Assembly (NCBI GenBank): GCA_963806535.1
Contig: CAWDYC010000007.1
Coordinates: forward strand, 288,001 to 352,000
Source: Candidatus Bathyarchaeota archaeon
GTDB taxonomy: Archaea; Thermoproteota; Bathyarchaeia; Bathyarchaeales; Bathycorpusculaceae
Direction: 5' to 3'
Length of the DNA stretch: 64,000 nucleotides
Position numbers and translations under genes: made by a program. Below the pieces are notes generated by a model. The model was not told where the DNA came from, did no database searches, and saw only the letters and a program-made list of their open reading frames with translations. Shown here one piece after another: positions 1-10,285 of this stretch (the stretch's first letter is position 1; each line of letters opens with the position of its first letter).

Positions 1-90
1 GTAAACTAGTTGTTCGTTGCCACATTTTGGACATTTAACTCTAAGGAAGACACTACTTGGTTTTGGAATAAGTTTGCTCCATTCAGACAT
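1..90 (-). CDS. rps27e: 30S ribosomal protein S27e (partial, runs off window)
   Basis: Hand translation MSEWSKLIPKPSSVFLRVKCPKCGNEQLVY; follows rpl44e as in the conserved archaeal operon. Confidence 0.93.
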   Translation of the reverse strand, partial: MSEWSKLIPKPSSVFLRVKCPKCGNEQLVY

Positions 91-108
91 GACTTTTTTC
101 TCCATTAA

Positions 109-393
109 TTATTGTATAACTAATTTTCTTAGACGAATACCGTCCTTGTGCCTCATGAAATTGCAAACTTTGCATTTAAGGCGCAAGGTTTGTTTTTTTG
201 TTGTTTTGGCGAATTCTCTTTGAAGTGGATATTTTTGTCCACCGTACCCTTCTTTTTCTCTTGCGTGGGCACGCTCACCGTGGGCTAACGCTCTTCGCTT
301 TCCCGGCTTGTAGAGGGTTACACTGTGAATTTGATGAGCTTTGCATTTAGGACAATATGTCTTTACTTCTTTAGGAACGTTCACGTTCTTCAC
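109..393 (-). CDS. rpl44e: 50S ribosomal protein L44e
   Basis: VPKEVKTYCPKC...GYGGQKYP...AKTTKK..LRLKC motifs. Confidence 0.97.
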   Translation of the reverse strand: MKNVNVPKEVKTYCPKCKAHQIHSVTLYKPGKRRALAHGERAHAREKEGYGGQKYPLQREFAKTTKKQTLRLKCKVCNFMRHKDGIRLRKLVIQ

Positions 394-493
394 TACCAGC
401 TTTGCATAAAAGAAACATACGCATTCTTATACTTTTTCGCCTATCTGCTAAAAACTTAGTCCTCCAGCCCATTGGAGATAAGCGCTTAGCGTA

Positions 494-1705
494 ATGTATA
501 ATCTTCATTGCCAATGTTATTTTGATCGGCAAGTCTCAGTATGCTTTCAGGGGCAAAGAAGCACAGTGTTTTTTAAACCGAAACAATCTTTACATTATAC
601 TCAGTTTGCAGGTTTGAAATCGTTGACGTCACAACTTTTTTTGAAAATCAAAAGCCACTCAGATTTAATCATAAAATTGTTACCGTTATTCGCGTTTGTC
701 GTTCCGTTAGCTATTCTGTATTTTCTGAATTTGCCCGGTCCCAATCTTGCGCCTAGTTCCCAGTATTCATTTCAGTTAATGTGGAAAGGCAGGACGTTTC
801 AGTTGTTTTTTGTTTGGTTGATAGCATTGGAATTTATCCTTAGCTGGGAAACTATTAAAACAAAAATTACCAAACATAATAAGGCTGGACTGATTGCTGT
901 TGCTATAGCCTTGTTGCTTCCTACGTTTTACGTGATTTCAGAGTATTCTTTCGGATTAAACTCAGCTATTTCAAGTACTTCTTTCCAAAGTGGAATTACC
1001 TTTTATTATCTAATGCCTTTAGCTGTTGAATACCTTGTTTTTTCGGTTCTTTTTGGCTTGATTACTTTCCTTTGTTTTGGCAAAAAGGGTTTACGTGGCT
1101 TCGCTCTACCTGCGTTATTTGCTGCAATAGTCGGCATTATTTACACAATCGATAACGTTTTTCCTTATGGCAAATTTACGCCTTTTCAACTTTTGGTTCC
1201 AACAACCGCTGGCTTAGCCGGTTTTGTTCTTCGCTTAATGGGGTATGCTGTTTTGCCTGGAACAGAAAATGGCATGCCGACTTTGCAGGTTACTGGGTCG
1301 GTGGGAACAACGACCACTTTCGCTATCGCTTGGCCGTGCGCTGGTATTGAAAGTCTTTTAATTTACACAGCCGTTGCCGCGCTATTTTTGCAACGTATAC
1401 CTTTGTCTTGGAAAGCGAAAATCGGACTGTTCACGATTGGAGCAGCCGTCACTTACTGCATAAACGTTTTGCGAATAGCGAGCCTCTTCATAATTGGAAC
1501 ACAGAATTTTGGAAACATAAACGCGCCAGCAGTACAAGATTTTCACTTCTATTATGGACCATTGTTTTCGCTTGTGTGGATAGTTTCTTACCCATTAATT
1601 ATAATGGTCAGCCTAGGTTTAATGCGGAAGAATAAGAAAGAAAAGGTTGATTCAAACAAAGAAAAAACTATGAAACCTCAACCGAAACAGCTAAGCCCTG
1701 TTTAA
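494..1705 (+). CDS. Exosortase/archaeosortase-family membrane transpeptidase (true start probably about 620)
   Basis: Multi-TM protein with Cys (AWPCAG), Arg (NVLRI) and His (DFHF) in the exosortase triad order. Confidence 0.8.
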   Translation: MYNLHCQCYFDRQVSVCFQGQRSTVFFKPKQSLHYTQFAGLKSLTSQLFLKIKSHSDLIIKLLPLFAFVVPLAILYFLNLPGPNLAPSSQYSFQLMWKGRTFQLFFVWLIALEFILSWETIKTKITKHNKAGLIAVAIALLLPTFYVISEYSFGLNSAISSTSFQSGITFYYLMPLAVEYLVFSVLFGLITFLCFGKKGLRGFALPALFAAIVGIIYTIDNVFPYGKFTPFQLLVPTTAGLAGFVLRLMGYAVLPGTENGMPTLQVTGSVGTTTTFAIAWPCAGIESLLIYTAVAALFLQRIPLSWKAKIGLFTIGAAVTYCINVLRIASLFIIGTQNFGNINAPAVQDFHFYYGPLFSLVWIVSYPLIIMVSLGLMRKNKKEKVDSNKEKTMKPQPKQLSPV

Positions 1706-2228
1706 CCAACATTTTAGCGTTCTCAACAGGTAGAGAGGCAACATCTTCAGCAACGTAGGGGCCGTAAGTTTTCATATCTGCGCCAATGATTGTTGGAATA
1801 TTTTTTATGAATCTTAAAGCCACGCGTTTATGACTGGCCTGAGCTTCGACTTTAACGTCTATTTTAGGAGCTTGGCCTTGCATGAGGCTTCTTGCGAACT
1901 TTTGATATGCATCGCTAAAAGCGATAAAACTTTTACTCATCTCTGCTTCTTCAACAGTTAGCAAGTCAGATGGCATTTTTTGGCTTTGAGTGATTGTTCG
2001 AACGAGTTTCTTGTACCTAACTCGAAGAAGTTCCTTAAGCATCAGATTTACGTTCTTTGATTCATGTTCAAGCAAATTTACTTTAATTGATTTTTTGTCA
2101 AGAATTTTGTTTTCTTCTTTTAGTCGCCGCAGGTAATCTGCTATTCTATTGTAAAAATCAGGAGGTAAACCTCCAAGCGAAGCTTCTTCAATTTCTCTTC
2201 GCCAAGCTGCATAAAGCTCATTGTACAT
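1668..2228 (-). CDS. GINS complex subunit (Gins51 type)
   Basis: Helical N domain (LPPDFY) and C-terminal B domain (IGADMKTYGPY..EDVASLPVENA); adjacent to priS. Confidence 0.9.
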   Translation of the reverse strand: MYNELYAAWRREIEEASLGGLPPDFYNRIADYLRRLKEENKILDKKSIKVNLLEHESKNVNLMLKELLRVRYKKLVRTITQSQKMPSDLLTVEEAEMSKSFIAFSDAYQKFARSLMQGQAPKIDVKVEAQASHKRVALRFIKNIPTIIGADMKTYGPYVAEDVASLPVENAKMLVKQGLAVSVEVS

Positions 2229-3455
2229 TTAGTTTGCCACCTTAGCCCTTCCCTTGCAAATAAGCATTACTGCCGCTGCCACAGGCAACTCAACCGTTTG
2301 ATTCTTGTATGGACCCAACGTTACTCCCCCCAACTTAAACTCTGGCGCGTCAGAGACCAACACTTTTGCCGCGCCCTTTTTAAAAGCTACCGCTCCAGTG
2401 AAAGGGTCAAAATCCTCAAGGTTTTTAGCGGGAAATTCAACTTTTTTTAATCCTGTTTTACCATGTAAAGTACCGTTCATCCTGATTAATCGGTGAACGT
2501 CAGTTGTGACAACAGTATCGATATTTGCCGATTGCAACTCTAGCACATGGTCAGCAAGCTTTAGCCAAGTTTGGATGCTGACATCATTAATGCTTTCCCA
2601 TCTGCCTTCATTTATGCAACGTTTAATGATAGTTTCTTTGTTTTTTAAAACAGCATTATTTTTTATTCCAATCTTTTTCAAATCTTCTTTTGTTGCAGTA
2701 CCCAAAAAATTTTGCATTCCTAATTTTAGTCGTTTGTTCCACCCAAAATTATGCAAATTGAATCTTTTAGCCGGATTTTTCTTTTTTGGTTTTTCCGTCG
2801 CATCTTTATCTAATATTGCTAAACCTAATCCTGTAACATAATCTACAATTTCTTTCCTTCCCAGGGCATCTAAGGACCGTACCGATTCGTCCTCTACATG
2901 TACGTGGTACCCTCGATGACCAGAAAAAAACACATGTAACTCATCTAATGAAAAACCAAAATCGTTTTCCAACATATCAATCAGCTTTGCAGTTTCATCC
3001 CGAGCGGATTTTATGCAAAGTTCGCAGGGCCAAGTTTTTGTCTCGAATTTTGTTGCTTCACAAGCAGGACAAATTTCTGGAATCAAGCCTTTGCCGCTGA
3101 ACCCGCATTTGACACATATGAATTCATCATGGATTTTATCACAGGTTGTTGGAATATGATCAGCATCTATATCAAAGACCAAATCAGCACCTAACCACCC
3201 TTTCTTATCCATATCGAAATCAGGGTTTTCATAATAAGCACATGAATGATAAACATCTGAGGGAACAATTTCATTTAGCGCTGATCGCAGCGTTCTAATT
3301 CCTTCGAATCTTTTATGCCTAACCATGAACCGTTCTTTGAAAAGAAGATAAGCAAATTCTCTTTGGCTGGGTGAAATTGGGGCAGGAATAACTGTTGCGG
3401 GATCTCGGTAGTATTCGCAGAATTTTTGATAAACGAAGTCTCGAGAAGCTTCCAC
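2229..3455 (-). CDS. priS: DNA primase small (catalytic) subunit
   Basis: LVFDIDAD, FSGHRGYHVH, IDTVVTTDVHRLIR motifs; Zn-finger insertion. Confidence 0.96.
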   Translation of the reverse strand: MEASRDFVYQKFCEYYRDPATVIPAPISPSQREFAYLLFKERFMVRHKRFEGIRTLRSALNEIVPSDVYHSCAYYENPDFDMDKKGWLGADLVFDIDADHIPTTCDKIHDEFICVKCGFSGKGLIPEICPACEATKFETKTWPCELCIKSARDETAKLIDMLENDFGFSLDELHVFFSGHRGYHVHVEDESVRSLDALGRKEIVDYVTGLGLAILDKDATEKPKKKNPAKRFNLHNFGWNKRLKLGMQNFLGTATKEDLKKIGIKNNAVLKNKETIIKRCINEGRWESINDVSIQTWLKLADHVLELQSANIDTVVTTDVHRLIRMNGTLHGKTGLKKVEFPAKNLEDFDPFTGAVAFKKGAAKVLVSDAPEFKLGGVTLGPYKNQTVELPVAAAVMLICKGRAKVAN

Positions 3456-3655
3456 TTTCCCTTTGCCCCTTGTTGTATAGTGATTATGCCTCCTAAATTT
3501 ATCTATATATCGTGCGATTGAAAAATTACGAACGGTAAGAAGTCAATCAAACGTGCAAGTTGTCACTAACCTGAAGAGGATTATGCAGGTGAGGATTCAA
3601 ATACCCAACGAACGGATAATAATTTCCCAAGAAAATGAGAGCACTTAACCAAGCG

Positions 3656-4429
3656 CTATGAACGTGAGATTGCTTTCAAGGTATAAGTCATGTAGCTTCG
3701 GATTTCCGTCCATGAAAGCTTGGATTTCCCAATTTTTCGATTAACAAATAAGACAGGGGTTTCTTTCAAACAAAAATTTCTCAAAGTGGCTTGTCTTATG
3801 GTTTCTATTTGGATTTCGTAAGTGTGACTGTGAAGGCTAGAGATTGCTGCTTTTAGGAACTTGGTAGAATAGCAGCGGAAACCGCTTGTACAATCGTGAA
3901 GCTTTAAGCCGAGCGAAAAACGGGCAATTGAGTTCGCAGTTCGACTAATTATTTTCCTCGTGAAAGGCCAACCTTCAATTTTGCCGCCTTTAACATATCG
4001 ACTACCGATCACAATGGCACATTCAGATTCAAGCATTTTTGATAAAAGCTGCGGGATATCTTTCGGATTATGTGAATAATCCGCATCCATTGTAATGACA
4101 TATTTTGGCGGTTGTTTTAGGGACAAAAAATATTTGAATCCATCAGTTATGGCTGTTCCTAAACCACTTTTTTTAGGTCTAACACACAATAAAATATTCT
4201 TGTATTTGATTTGTTTCTCTTGCACGATTTCAGCTGTTTTATCTGGGCTTGAATCGTCAATAACAAGAATTGAGGCGTCTAATTTTAGGCCTTCAATCGC
4301 ATCAATTAATTTGGAAATATTATCTTCTTCTCGATAGGTCGGTAGAATTACACCGATCTGAGAGGTAACCATACTGTTACCGATTAATTGATAATTCATA
4401 TGACTCCAACCTAATTTACAGCCAGTCAA
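3656..4429 (-). CDS. Polyprenol-phosphate mannose synthase-like GT2
   Basis: LPTYRE, IDDSSPDKT, TMDADYSH, DCTSGFRCY. Confidence 0.9.
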   Translation of the reverse strand: MTGCKLGWSHMNYQLIGNSMVTSQIGVILPTYREEDNISKLIDAIEGLKLDASILVIDDSSPDKTAEIVQEKQIKYKNILLCVRPKKSGLGTAITDGFKYFLSLKQPPKYVITMDADYSHNPKDIPQLLSKMLESECAIVIGSRYVKGGKIEGWPFTRKIISRTANSIARFSLGLKLHDCTSGFRCYSTKFLKAAISSLHSHTYEIQIETIRQATLRNFCLKETPVLFVNRKIGKSKLSWTEIRSYMTYTLKAISRS

Positions 4430-4447
4430 TTAATAAATCTATACCAA

Positions 4448-5500
4448 TTATTTGGACTGATTTAACGCGATTTGTTGTTTAATTTTATAATATTTCAATG
4501 GATGATAGATGCGGCGGCATAAATCATCTCTGTTTTTGCATACTCCATGCGTTTGCAATATGGAGCATTGTGGAGGAGTATAGCGGGTTCCAGAGCCTCT
4601 TTCTCCGGCTATATGCTCGATTTGGTAGCGAGTTAATCTTTCATTATAGTCAGAAAAACTTTTGTAAATTTCGCTCACTATTTCGGTGGACATTCCAATG
4701 TTTAGTAGAAAAGCTGTTAACGTGAATCTCTCCATCTGCGATAGATGATGAGTTGATGATGCTGCCTCGTAAATTGCGTTTATGCATGGGGGAAAAGCGG
4801 TTTGAACAATAGTTTTAGGAAACTCCTCGACATTTTCTTCAATATTTTCAGCAGCCAATTTCTTTAGTTTTTCAGCGATCATAATTAACTCAGGCGGAAA
4901 TTTTTGAGATTTTACATCTAACCGTTTTTCAATTCGCCTACGCACTTCCTCTTCAAGCAATCTTGTTACATCTTTTTTGTTTAGGTAAACGTTTCCATTG
5001 AGTAAAATGCTGTTAGTTAACTTCCATTTTTTGTCATGCAAATGCGCTGCGTTCCTCAAGTAATCTGTGAAGTGAATGGTAAAATCAAGGGGTGAGTCGG
5101 GATTTGATGAAAGTTTTATTTTCCAATCAAAATCTTCAGCTATTTTGAGTATCTTTTCTTTAGGTTCGTTAACTAAATCACATGATGCTTGTTTCGCTTC
5201 TGCCAGAGCGTATCTTTTTTTAATAAACGAATTTTCTGTGGCTATTACAAGCAGGAGTGCGATCGGAAAAGAGAGGATTTCGATATCTATTTGTTTACTA
5301 TCCCTGCTGACACTTCTTGTTATAATCGCTTCATTAACTCTTTCTTCCGCACGTTTAAGAGCCTGGTCCATGCCCATGCTTGCTAAATCGTCGATTTGCA
5401 AGTCCAATGGTTTGATGTATTCAGCGGTTTCTTTTAAGAAAGGATACTTTGCCAAATCATTTTTTGTGAATCCCGCCGATGCCATCTGCAAGGTTGTCAC
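4448..5500 (-). CDS. priL: DNA primase large subunit
   Basis: LAKYPFL, FPPCI, TRYQIEHIAG, YTPPQC..C...C Fe-S motif, HPLKYY. Confidence 0.95.
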   Translation of the reverse strand: MTTLQMASAGFTKNDLAKYPFLKETAEYIKPLDLQIDDLASMGMDQALKRAEERVNEAIITRSVSRDSKQIDIEILSFPIALLLVIATENSFIKKRYALAEAKQASCDLVNEPKEKILKIAEDFDWKIKLSSNPDSPLDFTIHFTDYLRNAAHLHDKKWKLTNSILLNGNVYLNKKDVTRLLEEEVRRRIEKRLDVKSQKFPPELIMIAEKLKKLAAENIEENVEEFPKTIVQTAFPPCINAIYEAASSTHHLSQMERFTLTAFLLNIGMSTEIVSEIYKSFSDYNERLTRYQIEHIAGERGSGTRYTPPQCSILQTHGVCKNRDDLCRRIYHPLKYYKIKQQIALNQSK

Positions 5501-5501
5501 G

Positions 5502-6257
5502 TTATTCTGTTTCGATTCGCGGCGCCAAGAAGAAAGTTAACTTTCCCTCTTTTGTCTGTTGGAAGTCAATTTTCACAGGCATGTCACTGGAAAATTCAAG
5601 TGTTGCGATATCTGAAGTAGCTGAAGCAGCTTTAATGATTTCAGACAAATAACTAAGGCTGAATGTGGCTTTAGCGTTTTCTTTCACTTCTAAATCAAGA
5701 AGAGCGTCATTGCCTTTCTGCAGAGTTATAATTGCGCCCATCAAGTCGCCTGAAGCGCTTAAGGTCAATTTTTCTGGTTCAGCTTCGATGCGCACATGGT
5801 CACTTACCAACTGTGCATCTTCGATTGCTTGACTTAACCCTTGAGTTGTTGTTTTCGCTTTTACATTGAAGGTTATTTTTGGGGTCGGAACTTCTTCTTC
5901 TGATGCTTCAAGGGTCGGCATCGTGAAGTTACGGCTGTATTTGCCGGTTATTGTTATTTGTAAGCGTCCAGTTTTTTCGTCAAGAGACAACTCGACAGCT
6001 TCGTCTCTTCCAGCACGTTTGAGAAGTTTTAGCAGTTCACTGATGTTAATGCACATTTTTGAAGGTTCAGTAGCCATGTATTCCTGGAAAATAGATTTTG
6101 GCCATTCAAAATCAATCATGGCAACACGTGAGGGATCCATCGCCCGCAGTTTCAAACCTTCAGGGTCAATCTTGAATGTGGCTTCATCTACAAGGATGGA
6201 TATGGCTGTAGCCATGTCTCTTAATAGTTTAGCGTCAGACACTTTAAGTTTGAACAT
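5502..6257 (-). CDS. pcn: PCNA sliding clamp
   Basis: LRAMDPSRVAMI and C-terminal FFLAPRIE. Confidence 0.98.
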   Translation of the reverse strand: MFKLKVSDAKLLRDMATAISILVDEATFKIDPEGLKLRAMDPSRVAMIDFEWPKSIFQEYMATEPSKMCINISELLKLLKRAGRDEAVELSLDEKTGRLQITITGKYSRNFTMPTLEASEEEVPTPKITFNVKAKTTTQGLSQAIEDAQLVSDHVRIEAEPEKLTLSASGDLMGAIITLQKGNDALLDLEVKENAKATFSLSYLSEIIKAASATSDIATLEFSSDMPVKIDFQQTKEGKLTFFLAPRIETE

Positions 6258-6423
6258 GTTACTTCTCTTCCTCGCTATTGCATATTATTGTAAAGTTATA
6301 TAGCTTATGATTACACCTTGAGCTAATAAATAAATTGTTCTAGCAAAATCTAAAAAATATTCTATTAGCAAACTGTCACTAAAATATAGCAAAAGATAAA
6401 AAGAAATAAAGATTGAAGTGATT

Positions 6424-6780
6424 TTAGCTATATTCTCTAAATGTGTAACTGCATTTGGTGCAACGGAGAAACTGCGTTGAAGATTCGTCAGCTCCGCGAG
6501 TCTGAACTTGCCAAACATACGCTGTGTTGTTTCCACATCTTGGACATTCAATACGCACTGTTGGTAAGGTGCTTAGTTTCTGCTCTTCTTTTCCAATAAC
6601 AGCAACTAGTTGCTGGGGACTATGTTGGATTACTTTCGGCGCTACTTTTGTTTCTGCATTTTCGCCGCCTTCCGGTTTTTTATATCCGCATTTGGGGCAG
6701 ACGAGAACTAAAGAAGCATCTTTTCCGCTCTTGGATTTCTTTGGTTCAAGACGAGATCCACATTTAGGGCAGAATTCCAT
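6424..6780 (-). CDS. tfs: Transcription factor S
   Basis: Two Zn ribbons; QTRGADE acidic hairpin. Confidence 0.96.
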   Translation of the reverse strand: MEFCPKCGSRLEPKKSKSGKDASLVLVCPKCGYKKPEGGENAETKVAPKVIQHSPQQLVAVIGKEEQKLSTLPTVRIECPRCGNNTAYVWQVQTRGADESSTQFLRCTKCSYTFREYS

Positions 6781-6851
6781 ATCATCACTCTCTATACGTT
6801 TCGGATTCCCTTAGCATGGTACCTTTTAAACTTTGTCTAAATTCGGTTTTA

Positions 6852-7460
6852 TCAGAGGGTAATTCCGGATGCAATGATATGTGCTACCCGCAAAGGTTCA
6901 GGAAAACTGCTTCTTGTCGCGGTCAAATTAATAATTTTTTCTGCATCAGCTAATGAAATTCCAGATAAAACGATGTAAAGTCTCTTTCCACGACTGATAA
7001 TTTCATGAATTTCACCAGCTTCAAGAACAGTTTTCCAACGCTCATCAGTTTTAGACAAGTTGATGAGTGCGTCGCGAATGGAATCTAAATCCGGCTTGTC
7101 TCCGGTTAAAGCAATGACCGGAAGGTTCGTGACAAAATTTAATTTCTTTATATCAACCACGTTAAATCCAGCGAACGTTATTCCATTTAACATTATCAAA
7201 CGCAGCTGTTTACAATGTGATGAACCATTAATCATAGAAGCTATCTTTTCTGTAGCATCAAAACCGTCTATTGCAATGTGTGTATGCATTGCTCCGTCAA
7301 GCCAGCAGCCGCCTCTGAAAACAACGCCAACCACTATAACACTACCCTCGGTGTGTGGAGTGAATTTGCCATCATCGACTCCAAGAACTCGTATTTCAGA
7401 TTTTATTGTTCGAAAATCTCTAACTGCCAAAATCTTACCTTGAAAAAGTATAAGGAACAC
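6852..7460 (-). CDS. DUF99 (endonuclease V-like) protein
   Basis: RVLGVDDG, GITFAGFNVVD, PEPLRVAH. Confidence 0.88.
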   Translation of the reverse strand: MFLILFQGKILAVRDFRTIKSEIRVLGVDDGKFTPHTEGSVIVVGVVFRGGCWLDGAMHTHIAIDGFDATEKIASMINGSSHCKQLRLIMLNGITFAGFNVVDIKKLNFVTNLPVIALTGDKPDLDSIRDALINLSKTDERWKTVLEAGEIHEIISRGKRLYIVLSGISLADAEKIINLTATRSSFPEPLRVAHIIASGITL

Positions 7461-7527
7461 TTTAGCTTTTAAAATTTAATATCAAAAGTCAAAGCAAAAA
7501 AGAAAAACTCTTGAAGAAAGGAAGAGA

Positions 7528-7833
7528 TTACGCTTTCAGAACGCGATCTAGCTCTACGCCAAAAGCGTCATTGGCTTCTCGAACTTTTTCAACAGCTTTA
7601 ATCAATGCTGCTTCAGGCTTAACTGTCCCTTTCATTCTAACGTAGATTATTGGGTTTGAAGCTAAAGGATGAGGCACATCATAGCCTGCAAATTCCACGG
7701 TTTTATCCTCTAGAAGCCGCTTTGCCAAAAGGTTGCAAATACCGTGAGTGCCACCTTCGATTTCAATCTTAAGCTCTTTCTCTGATCTGGTAAGTACTTT
7801 TATTTTCAATTTTTTTTCCTCTTTTTTAAACAA
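7528..7833 (-). CDS. rpoL: RNA polymerase subunit L (Rpo11)
   Basis: VEFAGYDVPHPL motif. Confidence 0.95.
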   Translation of the reverse strand: MFKKEEKKLKIKVLTRSEKELKIEIEGGTHGICNLLAKRLLEDKTVEFAGYDVPHPLASNPIIYVRMKGTVKPEAALIKAVEKVREANDAFGVELDRVLKA

Positions 7834-8413
7834 TTGGTTCTTTTCCGTAATCTGGTGCTACTCTACGCTTTTCTATATTGCCGCATCTTGGACACTTTAA
7901 TTCATCATATCGTAATGATTCAAGGGAACCGCCACAGCGAGAGCAGAAAGCATATAGTACGCCCAGATTCTTGTCGTTGGTTGATAGGTGGAAAATGCGG
8001 TTTTTTGAGCTGATGACTTTGGCTCTGATAATATCGCCCGGCTTGCATACATCATTCATCGAATCGATATACCGATCGGAAACATCAGAAATATGCAGTA
8101 TGCCGCCGAATTCGCCTGATTGTTTATTGTTTGTTGTTTTGAAGATTTTAACTAAAACGTTATCAGATTGGGGGTTACCAATTTGCCCTACAATCACAGT
8201 CCCAACTTTTGGGATTAATTCACTTTTAACCAGTGGGTAAACGGAAACACGTTTGTTAAGCAGGTCGATCAATGCGCGACCAACAGTTTTGGAGTAGATA
8301 ACTCCGTCTTTAACGTATGTTCCCGCGTCTGGAATAAACTCTTCAATTACACCTAAGCGTTCTCCAGGCACTACTAAACGACCAGTTTTTTGTTCAGGTG
8401 ATTTTAGACTCAT
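7826..8413 (-). CDS. csl4: Exosome subunit Csl4
   Basis: VVPGERLGVIEEF, S1 domain, C-terminal Zn ribbon. Confidence 0.95.
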   Translation of the reverse strand: MSLKSPEQKTGRLVVPGERLGVIEEFIPDAGTYVKDGVIYSKTVGRALIDLLNKRVSVYPLVKSELIPKVGTVIVGQIGNPQSDNVLVKIFKTTNNKQSGEFGGILHISDVSDRYIDSMNDVCKPGDIIRAKVISSKNRIFHLSTNDKNLGVLYAFCSRCGGSLESLRYDELKCPRCGNIEKRRVAPDYGKEPIV

Positions 8414-8541
8414 GATATTTACCTTTTATTTTAAATAAGCTAAACAAGCGTATTAGATGAATGCATATGGTTAGTTTCTATTCGCATCAATAAACCTTTT
8501 GATTAATAAACGGAATCCGCTCAGCCCCTTAATTCAAAAAC

Positions 8542-9246
8542 TTATTCAGCGTCTAACTTCTTGATAACGTATAAGTCAACCACAAAGTCATGTTTGAGCT
8601 TTGTATGAAAATCAAACATCTTTGGAATAGTCATGAGCATAGCGTAAACACATTTAACAATTCCATTATGCCGAGACACAAACGTTTCTAAAAAGGGCGA
8701 AGGAGTGACTTCCAAAAAACCATTACTTGCTTTGAGCTGCTTGATTAACTGCCTATCGGTTATGGGGTGGTTATGTAAAGAGTAAACTGAATCGCCTACT
8801 TCCAAAGCCTTCGCGAGAAACGCTCTATCAGCTTCTCGGGTTTGCACTCCAAAAGGCGGATTCTGCAAAACAGTATCAAATTTTCCGACAATGGAATTGA
8901 TATCGCCCACAATCCAGTGGACTTTCTTGCCATGATCGGTTTTCAAAGTGTTATCAACAGCGGTTTTAACGGCTAAATTGTCGATGTCTATTCCTACAAC
9001 GGTCTTAGCGCCAAGATAAGAGGCACCCAAAGCCAACCTACCTGTTCCGCAGCCTAAATCTAATACCGTTTTACCCGTAATATCACTATTTGAATAAGCC
9101 GCGATATACAAAATGTTTGATGCAATCGATGGGGAAATGGTATATTGTTCAAGATGCGCTTGAGGAGTAGGTTGAGAAGCAATTTTCGAGAGAAATAGCT
9201 CAAGATCTAGTTTTCGAATAATCCTTTTTTGAGCATATCCTCCCAT
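8542..9246 (-). CDS. METTL5-family methyltransferase
   Basis: LEQY, DLGCGTG, NPPFG. Confidence 0.92.
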   Translation of the reverse strand: MGGYAQKRIIRKLDLELFLSKIASQPTPQAHLEQYTISPSIASNILYIAAYSNSDITGKTVLDLGCGTGRLALGASYLGAKTVVGIDIDNLAVKTAVDNTLKTDHGKKVHWIVGDINSIVGKFDTVLQNPPFGVQTREADRAFLAKALEVGDSVYSLHNHPITDRQLIKQLKASNGFLEVTPSPFLETFVSRHNGIVKCVYAMLMTIPKMFDFHTKLKHDFVVDLYVIKKLDAE

Positions 9247-10226
9247 GAAGCTTCGCCCACAGCCACAATAAACTCATTAATAGTTAATACAGGCTTTGAA
9301 AACTTTTGCGGCGCCTCAAGAGAAATTCTGGGGCATGCTGTATTAACATAAGCATCAATGGACGGAAATTCCAAGAGCGTTTCAGGAACAATTTCTTTAA
9401 CCATTAACAGATAAACTGTTTTCCCATGTTTCTCGGCCAACTCCTTAGTCCTCAAGGCTTGATCAAAGTGTTTTTGGCCCGGTTTGGAACCGATAAAGAC
9501 TCCGAGAGTCTTGGCATTTACCGCTTCTTGAACGCAAGCCCAGCGTTGCTTGAGAGTTTTTTGGGCATAATCATTAATTGAGAAAGCACGATTATCGTAT
9601 GGGTCCGCAACAAATGTTGGTTTAGAAGTACTCAAAGCTATGCCTAATGCATGAAACAGCCCACCGCCAATAAAAAGGAAGGCGCCAACTTCATCGGCTA
9701 TTGATTTTACATTGCCATAGTTGCAGCCTATCACTTGACCAGGATAATTTACCTGCCCACAATTACCCACAATTACTGTTTTTCCAGCTTTACTCAAAAT
9801 GGTTGTTACCTGTTTCAGTGATTCTAAGTGTTGCACTGTAGTAGCTAAACCGATTTCGCGGTAATCACTAAGGAGCGGTAAAGCTTTCTCAACGGCTTCA
9901 CGAACCACCGCCGCTGATCTTGCTTCAACGTATAATGTCGGAATCTTGGACATTACAAGTTTCGCATGTCCAAAATGCACTATCAAATCTATACCTAAAT
10001 TTTCAGCATCATTTGTCGCAAGGTCACATGAACCGTAACATGGATCAGCAGAAATTATTGGAAGCGCTCCACTCGCTTCAACGATTTTTGCTAAACGTGG
10101 ACCTTCAGGTTTCAAACCTTCTGGAAGCTGCAGCAGAACACGTTTGGCGCCAAGTTTAGTTACCTCTTGTTTGATATGCTCTTCTTCAAAATCGAAACCT
10201 ATCATATCTTGTCCATCCTCTATCAT
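9207..10226 (-). CDS. dph2: Diphthamide biosynthesis enzyme Dph2
   Basis: [26 protein letters not shown]. Confidence 0.96.
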   Translation of the reverse strand: MIEDGQDMIGFDFEEEHIKQEVTKLGAKRVLLQLPEGLKPEGPRLAKIVEASGALPIISADPCYGSCDLATNDAENLGIDLIVHFGHAKLVMSKIPTLYVEARSAAVVREAVEKALPLLSDYREIGLATTVQHLESLKQVTTILSKAGKTVIVGNCGQVNYPGQVIGCNYGNVKSIADEVGAFLFIGGGLFHALGIALSTSKPTFVADPYDNRAFSINDYAQKTLKQRWACVQEAVNAKTLGVFIGSKPGQKHFDQALRTKELAEKHGKTVYLLMVKEIVPETLLEFPSIDAYVNTACPRISLEAPQKFSKPVLTINEFIVAVGEASWEDMLKKGLFEN

Positions 10227-10285
10227 CTAACAAAAGGTTGAAAATAAGAAAAGAAGAACTCAACGATTGCAAAAGAGCTTTTATG

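Noticed and set aside
5866-6303. Long antisense ORFs opposite pcn and similar shadows (for example 5076-5540, 20438-20779, 44255-44713)
   Set aside because: Antisense shadows of well-supported genes, with no motifs of their own
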